A stretch of 64,000 nt of DNA. It comes from an uncultured Gemmatimonadaceae bacterium. Its GTDB lineage: Bacteria > Gemmatimonadota > Gemmatimonadetes > Gemmatimonadales > Gemmatimonadaceae. Positions within the stretch are counted from its first letter, which is position 1. Every line of letters begins with the position of its first letter. Position numbers and translations under genes: made by a program. The notes under the pieces are model-generated. The model did no database searches. It was not told the origin of the DNA and saw nothing but the letters and a program-made list of their open reading frames with translations. Below are positions 54,303 through 64,000 of this stretch, in pieces. Where the stretch lies: contig CAWHHI010000004.1 of the NCBI GenBank assembly GCA_963829055.1, positions 672,001 through 736,000 on the forward strand. The letters run 5' to 3'.

Positions 54303-54854
54303 CTACCAGGTGACCTCGCCCGCGCCCGCCCGTCGGTTGGCGACGCGCGAGAGCACAAAGAGCAGGTCTGACAGGCGATTCAGGTAGATGACGACGAGTT
54401 GCGGGATGTCATCCTCGCGGCGCAGGTGGACGACACGTCGCTCGGCGCGGCGGCAGACGGTTCGTGCCACGTGGAGCGCCGCGGCCTTCGGAGTACCGCC
54501 CGGTACGATGAAGGCCTTGAGCGGCTCGAGCTCACTCTCGCCGTCGTCGATGGCGCGTTCGAGCTGGGCGATGCGGTCCTCATCGACGCGCGCCTTGATG
54601 AGCTGCTCGCGCATCTTGTCGGGGTTGGGCGTCGCGAGGAGCGCGCCGATCGCGAACAGGTCACGCTGAATGGGCACGAGGACCTCGTCGATGCGCGGCA
54701 TCATCTCCACGGCGCGCGCCATCCCGAGAATCGCGTTCAGCTCGTCGATGTCACCGTAGGCCTCGACGCGCGGGTGATCCTTTCCGACGCGTCCACCGCC
54801 GAACAGGCCGGTGTCGCCGGTGTCGCCGGTCTTGGTGTAGATCTTCGTCGTCAT
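54303..54854 (-). CDS. Cob(I)alamin adenosyltransferase (PduO-type)
   Basis: KIYTKTGD.G.T, AYGDIDELN, RTVCRRAER and YLNRLSD.LF. Confidence 0.92.
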   Translation of the reverse strand: MTTKIYTKTGDTGDTGLFGGGRVGKDHPRVEAYGDIDELNAILGMARAVEMMPRIDEVLVPIQRDLFAIGALLATPNPDKMREQLIKARVDEDRIAQLERAIDDGESELEPLKAFIVPGGTPKAAALHVARTVCRRAERRVVHLRREDDIPQLVVIYLNRLSDLLFVLSRVANRRAGAGEVTW

Positions 54855-54920
54855 GCGGATAAAGTAGCCGTGCTGTGACGGGTTCGCCGCGACTCGGGCT
54901 GCTGCGTACTGAAAGCAATT

Positions 54921-55053
54921 CACCACCGAGGACGCGGAGGACGGAAAGGACCGCTTCACCAACCATCCAGAACCAAGGGTGTGAACGGAAACGGCCGGAA
55001 GCATCGGATCGGTGCCAAAGCAATTCTTTGCGTGCTCCGCGTCCTTTGCGGTG
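54921..55053. repeat. Imperfect 30-bp inverted-repeat element (REP-like)
   Basis: CACCACCGAGGACGCGGAGGACGGAAAGGA versus the reverse complement of 55024-55053: 24/30 identical. Confidence 0.6.
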
Positions 55054-55135
55054 CATCACTGTTGGACGCGTCTCTGCGTGTTCGGCGACACCGACTGGCT
55101 TCGCAAATCCGCGAAGAACCTTATTCTTCCACCGC

Positions 55136-56155
55136 ATGACGACCCACGATCTCACCGACATCACGATCATCGGCGGCGGACCGACGGGTTTGTTCGCCCA
55201 GTTCTACGCCGGCATGCGAAAGGCGACATCGCGCATCGTCGACGCGTTGCCGGAGCTTGGCGGACAACTCAAGGCGCTGTATCCCGAAAAGCTGATCTTC
55301 GACGTTGGTGGGTTTCCCAAGGTTCTCGCGAAGGACCTCGTCAATCAGCTCGCCGCGCAGGCGGGACAGTTCGGGTCGAAGTCGTACCTCGGAGAACGGG
55401 TCGTTGGGCTGACCCAAGAGAACGGGCATTTCGTCGTCGCCACAGAGCGGAACCAGTTTCCATCGCGGGCGGTGGTCATCGCAGGTGGCATTGGCGCGTT
55501 CTCGCCACGGCGTCTGCCGCAAGCGTGCGCCGAGCCGTGGTATGGCCGTGGTGTGCACGAGATCGTGACGGATCCCGAGGAGTTTCGCGGGCGCCGCATC
55601 GTGATCATCGGTGGTGGTGACACCGCGTTCGACTGGGCGCATCAGCTGCTCGATCGCGCGGCGTCAGTGACGCTCGTGCATCGGAGTGACCGATTCCGCG
55701 CGCACGCCGCGACGGTGAGCGAAGTGGAATCCGCGGCGGCACAGGGTAGGGCACAGCTGCTCACGTTTCATGAGCTCGCCGACATCACCTCCACGGGCGA
55801 CCAACTGAGCGGCGTGGTGCTCAAGGACATCAAGGGCAAGACGACGCGCGCGCTCGAAGCCGATGCGATCCTGCCGATGCTCGGTTTCGTCAGTGATCTT
55901 GGTGCGTTGACGGAGTGGGGGCTGCAGATCGTGAATGACGAGATCGTGGTCACGAGCACGATGGAGACGGGTCGCCCGGGGATATACGCCGCGGGAGACA
56001 TCACGACGTATCCGGGGAAGCTCAAGCTCATCGCCACGGGATTCGGCGAGGCGGCCATCGCGGTGAATCAGGCCGTGCACTGGATCTATCCGGACAAGAA
56101 GGTGAATCCGGGGCACAGCTCGAACCTCGCCATCTTCGGGCAGAAGGACGACTAG
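55136..56155 (+). CDS. Ferredoxin-NADP+ reductase (thioredoxin-reductase-like, YumC type)
   Basis: IIGGGPTG, LGGQL.ALYPEK.I.DV.G, GGGDTA.D, GIYAAGD and GHSS C-terminus; no CxxC. Confidence 0.88.
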   Translation: MTTHDLTDITIIGGGPTGLFAQFYAGMRKATSRIVDALPELGGQLKALYPEKLIFDVGGFPKVLAKDLVNQLAAQAGQFGSKSYLGERVVGLTQENGHFVVATERNQFPSRAVVIAGGIGAFSPRRLPQACAEPWYGRGVHEIVTDPEEFRGRRIVIIGGGDTAFDWAHQLLDRAASVTLVHRSDRFRAHAATVSEVESAAAQGRAQLLTFHELADITSTGDQLSGVVLKDIKGKTTRALEADAILPMLGFVSDLGALTEWGLQIVNDEIVVTSTMETGRPGIYAAGDITTYPGKLKLIATGFGEAAIAVNQAVHWIYPDKKVNPGHSSNLAIFGQKDD

Positions 56156-56170
56156 CAGGCTGATTCGCCG

Positions 56171-56566
56171 CTACTGCTTCGCGAGCACCACCTGCACGCG
56201 CGACCCGCCGAACGTGTCGTCCGCGACCAGCAGGTTGCCGGCGACCTGGAATGAGAGGTCCTGGATGAAGATGTCGGACGGGACGCCGTCGATCTTCACC
56301 TCGCCTTTCGTGATCTTCCACGTGCCCGCGAAGTCCTTATCGACTGCTTTACGCGGGATGGTAGCGTGACCGCGCACTGATCCCGCTGGATCGAATGCCG
56401 CGGACAGCGACCCGCCGGACTGCAGGATGTTGTCGGCGCCTAACGCGGTGGTCACCGTGAACGTGGTCGCGCGGTAGCTGCCGGGGACGTGCAGGGCCGT
56501 GGGCGATTCCGAGTTGTTTTCCCTGCATGCAGTGCCTAACAAAAGCGTGCCCATCGTCGCGAGCAT
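56171..56566 (-). CDS. Hypothetical lipoprotein
   Basis: LLLGTAC lipobox-like signal followed by a beta-rich domain. Confidence 0.65.
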   Translation of the reverse strand: MLATMGTLLLGTACRENNSESPTALHVPGSYRATTFTVTTALGADNILQSGGSLSAAFDPAGSVRGHATIPRKAVDKDFAGTWKITKGEVKIDGVPSDIFIQDLSFQVAGNLLVADDTFGGSRVQVVLAKQ

Positions 56567-56600
56567 AGCGATTCGCCGCAGGTCCCGCGCGCCACCAGCG

Positions 56601-56969
56601 CTACGTGTCTTTTCGAGCATTGCTCGCCTCGTCCGAATAGCCTTCGGGATAGCGACGACTGAGCTTCGCGAGATTCACGGCCGCTATTTCATCGAGCGAT
56701 ACGCCGAGTGCGCCGGCCGCCGCCGTTAGGCACCAGAGCGCGTCGCCAAGCTCCGTCACGAGCCGCACGACGTCGAGCTCGTGGTGCATGAACGCGTGCT
56801 TGCGTACGAGCCCGAGTGCCTCGCCTGCTTCCTCCGCCAGCCCAGCGGTCGCGTCGAGTAGACGCTGATCACGTGGGAGCGCTGTATTGAGTGTGCGAGC
56901 GGCGAGACGCTGGTACTCGACGAGCGTGAGCGGAGCGTGGTCGGGGCCACCAGTTCGCGAGTCACTCAT
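56601..56969 (-). CDS. MazG-like nucleoside triphosphate pyrophosphohydrolase
   Basis: YQ..A.RT, GLAEEAGE, ELGD.LW and N.AKL..RYP.G. Confidence 0.88.
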   Translation of the reverse strand: MSDSRTGGPDHAPLTLVEYQRLAARTLNTALPRDQRLLDATAGLAEEAGEALGLVRKHAFMHHELDVVRLVTELGDALWCLTAAAGALGVSLDEIAAVNLAKLSRRYPEGYSDEASNARKDT

Positions 56970-57882
56970 AAGCGACGCGTGGATCCGCTTTGGCGTACGC
57001 GATGTCCGTCAGGAGGTTCACGGCGACGAACACGACACTGAGGAACAGCACCGAGCCCTGAATCGCCGGCAGGTCGCGACGAGAGATGGCGTTCACCACG
57101 TACCGCCCCAGCCCTGGCCAACTGAATATCGTCTCGGTGAGAATGCTGCCGGTGAGGTAGTATCCGAAATCGAGGCCGAGCACGGTGATGACCGGGATGA
57201 GCGCGTTGCGCAGGGCGTGTCTGACGACGACCGCTCGCTCGACGAGTCCCTTGGCGCGCGCCGTTCGCACGAAGTCGCTGCCTAACACCTCGAGCATCGA
57301 TGAGCGTGTGACGCGCGCGAGGAACGCGATGGATCGGGAGCCGAGGGCGAGGGCCGGAAGCACGAGATACTGAGCGCGTCCGTACCCTGATGGCGGAAGC
57401 CAACGTAGCGTGACGGCGAACAACAGGATGAGCAGCAGCCCGACCCAGTAGACCGGAAAGGAGATGCCGAGGTAGGCGGCACCGAGCGAGATGCGATCGA
57501 TCCAGCCGCCCGGCCAGCGCGCGCTCACCACGCCGATCGTGATGCCGACGAACGCGGCGAGAACCATCGCGGTTGCCGCGAGCAGCAGCGTCTTCGGGAA
57601 ACGCTCCGCGATATCGCGCAGAATGGGTCGCCCCGTGATATAGGAGGTCCCGAGATCACCGCGCAGCACGCCACCGGCGTAATGCGCGAACTGCAGGTGG
57701 ATCGGATCATCGAGGCGAAGCTCGCGACGCAGTCGCGCGATGGTTTCGGCGTCGGCGCGTTCGCCGACCATCTCCTGCACCGGGTCGCCGGGCGCGACGT
57801 ACAGCAGTAGGAAGACAACGACCAGCACGCCCGCCAATGTGGGAATGGCGAGCAGCACGCGCCGCAGGAGAAACGAAGGCAA
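56962..57882 (-). CDS. Peptide/nickel ABC transporter permease (DppB/OppB)
   Basis: PGDP, GDLGTSY, DFVRTARAKG, HALRNA and ETIFSWPGLG. Confidence 0.93.
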   Translation of the reverse strand: MPSFLLRRVLLAIPTLAGVLVVVFLLLYVAPGDPVQEMVGERADAETIARLRRELRLDDPIHLQFAHYAGGVLRGDLGTSYITGRPILRDIAERFPKTLLLAATAMVLAAFVGITIGVVSARWPGGWIDRISLGAAYLGISFPVYWVGLLLILLFAVTLRWLPPSGYGRAQYLVLPALALGSRSIAFLARVTRSSMLEVLGSDFVRTARAKGLVERAVVVRHALRNALIPVITVLGLDFGYYLTGSILTETIFSWPGLGRYVVNAISRRDLPAIQGSVLFLSVVFVAVNLLTDIAYAKADPRVAYE

Positions 57883-59448
57883 CTACTGTCTCTGTTCCGG
57901 ACCCACGATCTTCACGTCGGTCCAGCGTTGACCGTTGAAGATCGTCGGAACCTTGAAGTTCCGGATCCAGGGTTGAACCGCGTACAGGTCGTTGAAAAAG
58001 AAGAGCGGCACCATCGGTGCGTCGGCGTACGCGAGCGAGTCGGCAGACCGATAGAGCGTTGCACGTTTCGCATCATCCTGTTCGCGACGAGCGGCGAGCA
58101 TAACGCGGTCGAACGCCGGGTTCGCGTAGAACGACACGTTGCCCCCGGGCCCTTTGCTGCCGGAGTAGAGCAGCGGATACAGAAAGCTGTCGGCGTCGGG
58201 ATAGTCGGCGTACCACGTCTTGAGCGTCATGTCGGTCTCGCCTTTGCGCGCGGCCTCACGCGCCGACGACGCATCGCGCTGCACGAGCTTCGTGCGAATG
58301 CCGGCGGCGTTCAGATATCCCTGCACAGCCTGTGACAGGCGCGCGATCGTCGCGTCCTGCGAGTGCCAGAGCTCGACGTCGATCCCGTTCGGATGGCCAG
58401 CGGCCGCCAGCAGCTGCTTCGCTTTCGCGGGGTCGTATGCATAACGACTGCGGGTGGAGTCACCACCGTCGAGGATTGGTGAGACGACGCCGCGGGCGAG
58501 AAATCCCCGCCCACCCATGAGTTGGTCGAGGATGGTTTTCGTATCGACAGCGTGGTTGATGGCCTGACGAACGCGAGCGTCCGTGAGCGGTGGCCGCGTG
58601 GTGTTGAGCGCGAGGTAATAGAGAATGAGCGCGGGTGCGCTCTGTAGCATGGCGCTCTTCTCGTCCGTCTGCTCCCAAGCCACAGTCTCGCCTTGGGGAA
58701 TCACCAGGACGTCCACGTTCCCGCTCTCGAACTCCGCGACCGCGGTGCTCGGTTCCGGAATGATGCGCGCGATCAGCGTGTCCGTTGCAGGAGCGCCGCC
58801 CCAGTACGTCGGATTGCGCGTGAATTTGAGATAGTCGTCGTGCTTCCATTCCACGAACGTCCACGGTCCCGTGCCGACGGGATGTTGTCCGAAGTCCGCG
58901 GGAATGGAGTCGGGCACGATGGACGCGACAGGCATCGCGAGCAACTTCGGAAAGGACGCCAACGGCTGAGACAGCGTGATGACGACGGTCGAGTCGTCAG
59001 GGGCCGACAGTCCCGAGATCGATTTCGCCCGACCCGCCGCGAACTCGGCCGATCCGCTGATCGGGGCGAGCGGCTCGGCTCGACCGCCCTTGGTGCTCGG
59101 GTCCAAGGCACGTTGGAATGTGCGGACGACGTTCTGAGCCGAGAACGGTGTGCCGTCGTGGAACTTCACGCCGCGCCGGAGATGGAACGTGTACGTGAGC
59201 CCGTTCGGCGAGATGTCCCATCGTTCGGCGAGGCCCGGTTCGACGCGCGCATCCGGCGTGAACCGCGTCAGCCCATCGAAGACGTACGAGACGGCGCGCC
59301 CGGTGGGGACATCGGTCGAGAGCGCTGGATCCAGCGACCGCGGGTCGTATGTATCCCGCGAGTCGACGATGGAGCGGCGCTGCGGGGCCGATTCGCCTCC
59401 GCGGCAGGCGAGCGTTGCGAGGGCCAGCAGGATGAGGCGAATGCGCAT
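57883..59448 (-). CDS. Peptide ABC transporter substrate-binding lipoprotein (family 5)
   Basis: LAC lipobox, SLDP, YTFHLRRGVKFHDG, PVGTGP and RVRQAINHAVD. Confidence 0.93.
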   Translation of the reverse strand: MRIRLILLALATLACRGGESAPQRRSIVDSRDTYDPRSLDPALSTDVPTGRAVSYVFDGLTRFTPDARVEPGLAERWDISPNGLTYTFHLRRGVKFHDGTPFSAQNVVRTFQRALDPSTKGGRAEPLAPISGSAEFAAGRAKSISGLSAPDDSTVVITLSQPLASFPKLLAMPVASIVPDSIPADFGQHPVGTGPWTFVEWKHDDYLKFTRNPTYWGGAPATDTLIARIIPEPSTAVAEFESGNVDVLVIPQGETVAWEQTDEKSAMLQSAPALILYYLALNTTRPPLTDARVRQAINHAVDTKTILDQLMGGRGFLARGVVSPILDGGDSTRSRYAYDPAKAKQLLAAAGHPNGIDVELWHSQDATIARLSQAVQGYLNAAGIRTKLVQRDASSAREAARKGETDMTLKTWYADYPDADSFLYPLLYSGSKGPGGNVSFYANPAFDRVMLAARREQDDAKRATLYRSADSLAYADAPMVPLFFFNDLYAVQPWIRNFKVPTIFNGQRWTDVKIVGPEQRQ

Positions 59449-59526
59449 TGACAATGGCAGGTGAAACACGAGAACTTACCGATCCCCAGTTCGTTCCGCC
59501 AATCTACGCTAGGCTGCTGTCTGACC

Positions 59527-60453
59527 GTGAGTTACCTGCTGTTCGCCGACGATAACGAGGACATGCGGTTGATGCTGCGTGACCTCTTTCACTCGTCGGG
59601 GCACGAGGTCAGCCTGGCCGAAGACGGGCTCGCTGCTCTCGCGTCGATCCGCGAACGCGAGCCCGACCTTGTCATTCTCGACCATAGCATGCCGGGAATG
59701 TCAGGGTTCGAGGTGTGTCGAAACGTGAAGCGAAATCCATTCACGTCACGCATCCCGGTACTCATGTTGACGGCACAATCGGAGATCGAAAGCAAAATCG
59801 AAGGGTTCGCTGCAGGCGCCGACGATTATCTCGCCAAGCCATTTGATCCGCGCGAACTGCGGGCGCGAGTCTCAGCGTTGCTCAGACTGGTGGAGCGCGA
59901 GGGTGACCGCAACCCGACCAGTGGCTTACCCGGCGGGCACGCGATCGAGAAGGAGATCGCGCGCCGAGTCGGGAAGGCGGAACCGTTTGCCGTATGCTAT
60001 CTCGATCTGGATAACTTCAAGGCGTTCGCTGATACGTTCGGCTTCGCCACTGCCGATATCGTCATTCGCGGACTGGGGGCGGCGATCCGAGATTCCGCAT
60101 ACGCCATCGCGGGTGAGGGCGGGGGCGACTTCGTCGGCCACATTGGCGGCGATGACTTCATCGTTGTCACCACGGAACCGCACGGCGAGGCGATCGTCAA
60201 GGAATGCGCGCGCCGGTTCCGCGATGTGATCGCGCGCGCGGTCGGTGATGAGGCGGCCGAAAGCGGGTACTTCACTGGCGTCGATCGCGACGGCCACATC
60301 AAGCGCTTTCCGCTGGCTCACGTGTCGGCCGCAGTGATGCTCGTACGTCCGGAGTGCTGGGTCAATCTCGCGCACTTCGGGATGGCGGCCGCAGACGCCA
60401 AGCGTCGCGCGAAGCAGCAAGGTGCCGGGAGCATCCTCGTCGAGACGGTGTAG
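59527..60453 (+). CDS. Response regulator REC-GGDEF
   Basis: REC (ADDNE, LDHSMPG, KPF), NPTSGLPG, DLDNFKAF.D and HIGGDDF. Confidence 0.88.
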   Translation: MSYLLFADDNEDMRLMLRDLFHSSGHEVSLAEDGLAALASIREREPDLVILDHSMPGMSGFEVCRNVKRNPFTSRIPVLMLTAQSEIESKIEGFAAGADDYLAKPFDPRELRARVSALLRLVEREGDRNPTSGLPGGHAIEKEIARRVGKAEPFAVCYLDLDNFKAFADTFGFATADIVIRGLGAAIRDSAYAIAGEGGGDFVGHIGGDDFIVVTTEPHGEAIVKECARRFRDVIARAVGDEAAESGYFTGVDRDGHIKRFPLAHVSAAVMLVRPECWVNLAHFGMAAADAKRRAKQQGAGSILVETV

Positions 60454-60506
60454 CTCGTCGGGAGATGGGATTGGGAAGTGGGTCAAACGCATCGACAACG
60501 CCGGCA

Positions 60507-60722
60507 ATGCTCAAACGGGAAGCGCCACGCACCAAAAGCGAGTACGTCTATCGTCGCAAGCTCGAGCCGCAGGAGCTGCTACCCGCTCTTGGCGTCGCTG
60601 TGGGCGTTGGTGCGTTCGCCTTCTACGTCGCATACCTGTTCCTCCAGCGCACACCGCTCGACCCGAACACCATAGCCGCGACGACGCCACGCAGACGACT
60701 GTCCAGCGGGGCGTCCGACTGA
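60507..60722 (+). CDS. Small single-TM hypothetical protein
   Basis: YVYRRKLEPQELLPALGVAVGVGAFAFYVAYLFLQRTPL; TGATG overlap with the downstream gene. Confidence 0.6.
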   Translation: MLKREAPRTKSEYVYRRKLEPQELLPALGVAVGVGAFAFYVAYLFLQRTPLDPNTIAATTPRRRLSSGASD

Positions 60723-63044
60723 TGGAGTGGCGCCGAGCGCTGCTCGCACTCGGCTTGGTCGTCGCTGGTCACTGCGTGGTCGCTCCGGCAACGTTGTCGG
60801 CGCAGGACATCGCGTGCGACAGCGGCGACCTCGAAGTCGTACGGGTCGGCTTCAGCGGGAACACCGCGTTCCCCGACGCGCAGCTCGCGAATGGGCTCGT
60901 GACGACTCCGTCCACGTGGGCGCGGCGCATGTTCCGCATCATCGGCACGAAACACTGTCTCGACACGGCAGAGGTCAAAGTAGATCCCGTCCGGCTGCTG
61001 CTGCTGTATAGCAGGCACGGGTTCACGGGTACCAAGGCTGCGGCGCGCATCGATACGGTGGCGCCCGGAAAGGTCTCGGTGGTGTTCGGCATTCAGGAAG
61101 GTGCGCCGATCATCCTCCAGCAATTCACGATCACGGGGCTCGATTCGGTCCCTCGAAGCGATCGGATCACGGCGGGGCTGCCAGTCAAAGTGGGCGCGCG
61201 GTTCGACCAGGTCGCGGTCGAGGCATCGCGCGACACGATCCTGCGACGGCTCCGTGACAACGGGTACCCGAACGCGGACCTGCTGCGTAGCTACGAGTCG
61301 GACACGGCGAGGCGCGTCGCGACGCTGAAGCTCGACGTGGCCACAGGTCCGCGCGCACGCATCGGTGCCGTGAACGTCGCGGTAACACCGCGCGACGGAG
61401 AGCATCAACAGATCTCCGACGATCGCGTCCTCAGCACGCTCGGCTTCGAAACTGGCGATCTGTATCGCGAGCGTGAGCTCGAAGACGCGAAGCGCGCGTT
61501 GTATCTGTCGGATGCCTACCGCCACGTCGAGGTGACGCCGGATACGACGAGTCTCTCGTCAGCGGGAGACTCTACGATCGACGTCAACGTCTCGCTCGCC
61601 GAGAGCTACATGCGGTCGCTGCGTCCTTCGGCGGGATGGGCGACATTGGACTGCTTCCGGACGCAGGTCGACTATTCGGACTTCGCGTTTCTTGGCGCGC
61701 TTCGGCGCCTCGACGTGAGTGCCCGCGCCTCCAAGATCGGCGTCGGCTACCCGACGGACCTGGACGGCTCGATGAAGCAGCTGTGTTCGGCCAGCGCGCG
61801 GAACGACACGTACAGCGATACGCTCAACTACTACGTGGGTGCAACGCTCCGTCAGTCGTCGCTGTTCGGGCTGCGCGCCGTGCCGACGATCACGTTGTAC
61901 AGCGAATTGCGTTCGGAGTACAAGGTATACGTACGGTACACGCCCATCGGCACCATCCTGTCGCTCAACCAGCAGCTTCGCCCCACGCTCGGCGCCACAT
62001 ACGCGTATCAACTCGAGTACGGACGAACGAGTGCAGAGCCAGCGATTTTCTGTGGTGTCATCGGCGTCTGTGATGTCAACGAACAGAACCTTCTGAAACG
62101 GTCGCAGCGTCTCGCGACGGCGAGTGTCACGTTCGGTCGCGATCGGCGGAACGACGCGTTCTATCCGACGGCAGGCTCCTCGATGTCGCTGGAGCTGCGC
62201 ACTGCCAATGAGGCTCATCGGGTCCGACCCCGATCTGCAGTTCAACAAGATCGTGGCGGACGCGAGCTGGTACTGGGCGCTCCCTAAGAACTCGGTGCTC
62301 GCTGCACGCGTCCGCGCTGGCCTGGTCGTTGGACAACGTATTTCTCTCGGCACGTCCGAGACGGTGTTCATTCCCCAACAGGAGCGGCTGTACGCGGGCG
62401 GCGCGAACACCGTTCGCGGCTACAGGCAGAACGAGCTGGGGCCGGTGGTCTATCTTCCGGATACGCTCCAGGTCTGCATCGCACCAAAGGGAGTCTGCGT
62501 CGAACCAACCGCGGCGGCGATGGACACCGTGTACTTCACATCGAAGCCCAGCGACTCGCCGCGCACGCTACCAGTGGGTGGTAACACCGTCGTCGTAGGC
62601 AACCTCGAGCTCCGCATGCCGAGTCCCTACATTCCCGACCGGTTGCAGATCGCGTTCTTCGCGGACGCGGGGCAGGTATGGACGCGTGGTGGCACAGGCG
62701 CCGAGGAATCGTTCGGCGGCCTGAAGGTCACGCCAGGGTTCGGTATGCGACTGGCGTCGCCGGTCGGGCCAATTCGGTTGGACGTCGGCTTCAACCCGTA
62801 CAACCGGAAGTCGGGCTCAGCGTACTTCGATGCGCCGGCGAGCGGTGGAGAGGCGCCGCTGTATTGCATCAGCCCGAACAACGGCCTTCCGGTCACGGGG
62901 TGGGTTCGCAACCCTGAGCCTGACGCCAAACCGCCCACGCAGGCGATTCCCCCGGGTGGATGCCCGACGTCGTACGAGCCGACCAAGAGCAACGGTTTTT
63001 TCCGGCGCCTGAGCTTCCAGGCGTCCATCGGGCAGGCGTTCTGA
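60722..63044 (+). CDS. Omp85-family outer membrane protein (TamA/BamA-like); frameshift near 62210
   Basis: Signal peptide, POTRA-like repeats (GFSGN, LRDNGYP), YAGGANTVRGY motif, SPVGPIRLD and C-terminal SIGQAF. Confidence 0.88.
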
Positions 63045-63057
63045 GCCTCGGAGACGC

Positions 63058-64000
63058 GTGACTCGACGCCGACTCGTCGTTATCTCGAGCGCTGTCTCGA
63101 TACTCGGACTCGGTCTCGTCGCCGCGCTGGCGGTCGTGAGCGTGCTCAAGACGCAGCTCGGGCGGAATTTCGCGCGTGACTACGTCGCGCGACTCATCGC
63201 GCCGCGCATCAAGGGCAAGGTGTTCGTCGGGAGCATCACGAGTCTCTCGTTCGGCAGTGCGTCTATCGACTCCGTCGAGATTCGCGGACCGGACGACTCG
63301 TTGTTCGTCGCCGCGGGCCGCCTAACGGTTCGGCTCGATCCGCGCGATCTGCTCGACAAGCGCCTGCTGCTGAGTCTCGTGGAGATCGACCGTCCCGTCG
63401 TGCACTTCCGAAAGGACGCAAACGGCAAGTGGAACTACAAAGGCATCTTCGCGACGGGTCCGAGCAAGAAGCGGGTGCCGGGTGCGGAGCGTGGGTGGGG
63501 TGAGTATTTCGTGGCGGACTCGCTCATCCTCCGACACGGGACATTCCTGCTGTCCATGCCGTGGCACCCGGATGACTCACTGCATGGCGCCAAGCGCGAC
63601 AGCGCGATCGCGCGAAACCTCACGCGAAAGGACAAGGTCATCAACCGCACCGCGTCGGGGTTCGAGCGCACGTGGCGGTGGGAGAACATCCATCTCGTGT
63701 CCGGCTACACGCGTCTCGCCGATCCTGATAGCGTGGGTCGCCTGGTCCAGATCGCGAAACTCGACGCCGACGAATTCGATCCGCCGTTCAACTTTCGGAA
63801 CGTGCGTGGCGGCGCGCGGCAGACCGCCGATTCGCTGTGGCTCGACCTCGTGCACTTCGACCTGCCGGGATCGACCGGGAAAGGCGGCTGGCAAGGTCTG
63901 GTGGGGTGGCCCGGACCCGACGAAGTACGACCTGCGCATCGTCGGCGACTCGGTGTCGCTCGCCGACGTCAACTGGGTCTATCCGACGCTGCCGACGACG
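63058..64000 (+). CDS. TamB/AsmA-like translocation and assembly protein (5' part; runs off the window; possible frameshift near 63890)
   Basis: GTG 63058: MTRRRLVVISSAVSILGLGLVAALAVV signal anchor, then beta-rich sequence (..LVEIDRPVVHFRKDANGKWNY). Directly downstream of the TamA-like gene. Confidence 0.75.
   Translation, partial: MTRRRLVVISSAVSILGLGLVAALAVVSVLKTQLGRNFARDYVARLIAPRIKGKVFVGSITSLSFGSASIDSVEIRGPDDSLFVAAGRLTVRLDPRDLLDKRLLLSLVEIDRPVVHFRKDANGKWNYKGIFATGPSKKRVPGAERGWGEYFVADSLILRHGTFLLSMPWHPDDSLHGAKRDSAIARNLTRKDKVINRTASGFERTWRWENIHLVSGYTRLADPDSVGRLVQIAKLDADEFDPPFNFRNVRGGARQTADSLWLDLVHFDLPGSTGKGGWQGLVGWPGPDEVRPAHRRRLGVARRRQLGLSDAADD

Overview
High-GC (roughly two-thirds G+C by eye) bacterial chromosomal window. 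Gene content and style suggest Gemmatimonadota (inference). Many genes carry single-base frameshifts, most likely uncorrected long-read assembly errors. 1-10.4 kb: surface-polysaccharide sugar cluster (GT2, two GT4s, epimerases, rfbF/rfbG/rfbH CDP-dideoxyhexose genes, two Gfo/Idh/MocA oxidoreductases). 10.9-15.1 kb: three tandem paralogous Cys-containing secreted lipoproteins with matching terminators; two share a conserved structured leader. 15.2-24.9 kb: EPS export and regulation (priming sugar transferase, SLBB/Wza-like, Wzc, REC-degenerate GGDEF, NtrC-family regulator, soluble histidine kinase). 25-64 kb: mostly housekeeping genes (citrate synthase, MutY-like, hom-thrC-like-MoaD-MoeZ operon with a putative attenuator, AAA+/VWA pair, molybdopterin oxidoreductase, glcDEF, sigma-70 factor, aroB, peptide ABC transporter, TamA/TamB). 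The most striking unexplained signal is a dispersed non-palindromic octamer, GCCTAACG/CGTTAGGC. I counted at least 33 exact copies by eye (16 in one orientation, 17 in the other) plus 16 more with the CCTAAC core, against roughly 2-3 exact copies expected by chance. It sits in every reading frame, imposes rare codons (TTA, CTA, AGG) and supplies 8 stop codons, like a DNA-uptake-sequence or HIP1-type genome-wide signature.
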